Below are positions 46,088 to 46,824 of a stretch of 46,824 nucleotides of DNA, piece after piece. The position numbers and the translations under genes are program-made. The DNA comes from a virus (Duplodnaviria > Heunggongvirae > Uroviricota > Caudoviricetes): the IMG/VR virus record IMGVR_UViG_2541047840_000001; one strand, given 5' to 3'. Within the stretch, counting starts at the first letter, position 1. Each line of letters begins with the position of its first letter. The notes beneath the pieces are model-generated. The model did no database searches and was not told where the DNA came from. It saw only the letters and a list, made by a program, of their open reading frames with translations.

Positions 46088-46824
46088 TTTAAGCTGGCTT
46101 TTGAAATTGGCGGCAAAGTTGCCGCCTCTCTCCCCAAAAGTTTTACTACAGCTAATCAGGCTGTTGCTAAATTAAATGCCGAGCTTGCTGGATTAACGAA
46201 AGAACATGGGGAAATTCAAAAGCTACAATCTGTAAAAGTAAAGGTTGGACAGACTGCCCTCGAATATCATAAAGCTGCCGCTCGCGTTGAAGAGTTACAG
46301 AAGCAAATAAAAAACACGGCCAATCCAACCAGAGCGATGCTTCGTGACTTTGAGAAGGCAAAAACACATTCATCAAATTTACGAGCATCACTACGTTCTC
46401 AGCGTGAAGAACTGGCCGCTTTAAAGTCTGCGTATCAGGGAGCTGATACATCTGCCAGAGCTTTGGCCTCAAGAGAGAAAGAGCTTAAAGCAAGCATTGA
46501 TCGTAATCGTGAGGCTCAGGCCCGTAGCGTTGAGCAGGTTAACCGCTACAGAACGGCTTTGGCTTTAGCCAGAGCAAATGTTCAGCAAGTGAAAAAACAG
46601 CAGGAGGAACTTAACCGGGCATTAGAAAAACAACGTATTGATAAAATTAACAGTTATAAAAATGCGTTGGCTGAAGCACGGAAAAATGTTCTTGCAGTAA
46701 AACGTGCTCAGGAGGAGTTAAACCGCGCGTTGGAAAGGCAGCGTGAATTGAAGCGAGAGCATCTTGGTGAGGCAAAGAGTCAACTTGTAAGGTCAGGATT
46801 ACAAACTGGTGCTGTAGCGGCTGG
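46088..46824 (+). CDS. Tail tape measure protein, N-terminal portion (runs off window end)
   Basis: ATG 46088; Ala/Glu/Lys/Arg-rich coiled-coil-like sequence with repeated EELNRALE blocks; no stop before window end. Confidence 0.8.

Noticed and set aside
1-46824. Direct head-to-tail circular junction between window end and window start
   Set aside because: Joining nt 46824 to nt 1 puts the two tape-measure portions out of frame (2 leftover nt at the end, start ORF in frame with nt 1), so the ends are probably not directly contiguous; circularity is plausible but not provable here.

Overview
The window reads as a nearly complete temperate phage organised as a phage-plasmid rather than an integrating prophage. 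It starts inside the 3' part of a tail tape-measure gene (ORF open from nt 1) and ends inside the 5' part of one (46088-46824), so it is probably a circularly permuted or nearly full-length element. Contents: a lambda-like packaging and head module (Nu1-like TerS, gpA-like TerL, W, portal, ClpP-like protease, decoration protein, gpE-like capsid, 35364-42113); a contractile-tail module (sheath, tube, chaperone with -1 frameshift, tape measure, X/D/V/W/J/I baseplate, 43623-6338); a tail fibre with a Mu G-segment-like invertible region bounded by 73-bp perfect inverted repeats and gix-like sites, plus an adjacent Gin/Hin-family invertase (6369-11408); an IncFII-type RepA replicon with DnaA box and predicted antisense RNA (11409-12850); a HigB/HigA-like toxin-antitoxin; an antirepressor locus; a ParA plus ParG-like partition operon; a CI-like repressor with ACCAC-N5-GTGGT operators, an early region and a Q-like gene; a late-region cargo block of unknown genes (24205-28007); a lysis cassette (28395-30001); a tRNA with CAU anticodon (30171-30246); and a DNA-methyltransferase / ParB-like island upstream of the terminase (30555-35364). 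No integrase was found. The most unusual signals are a 102-bp regulatory module duplicated with one mismatch in front of two unrelated genes, a roughly 25-bp AT-rich motif present at seven or more intergenic loci, and two uncharacterised gene blocks (the late-region cargo and the methylase/ParB island) that are candidates for undescribed defence or anti-defence functions. All protein assignments are from reading the translations by eye, with no database search.
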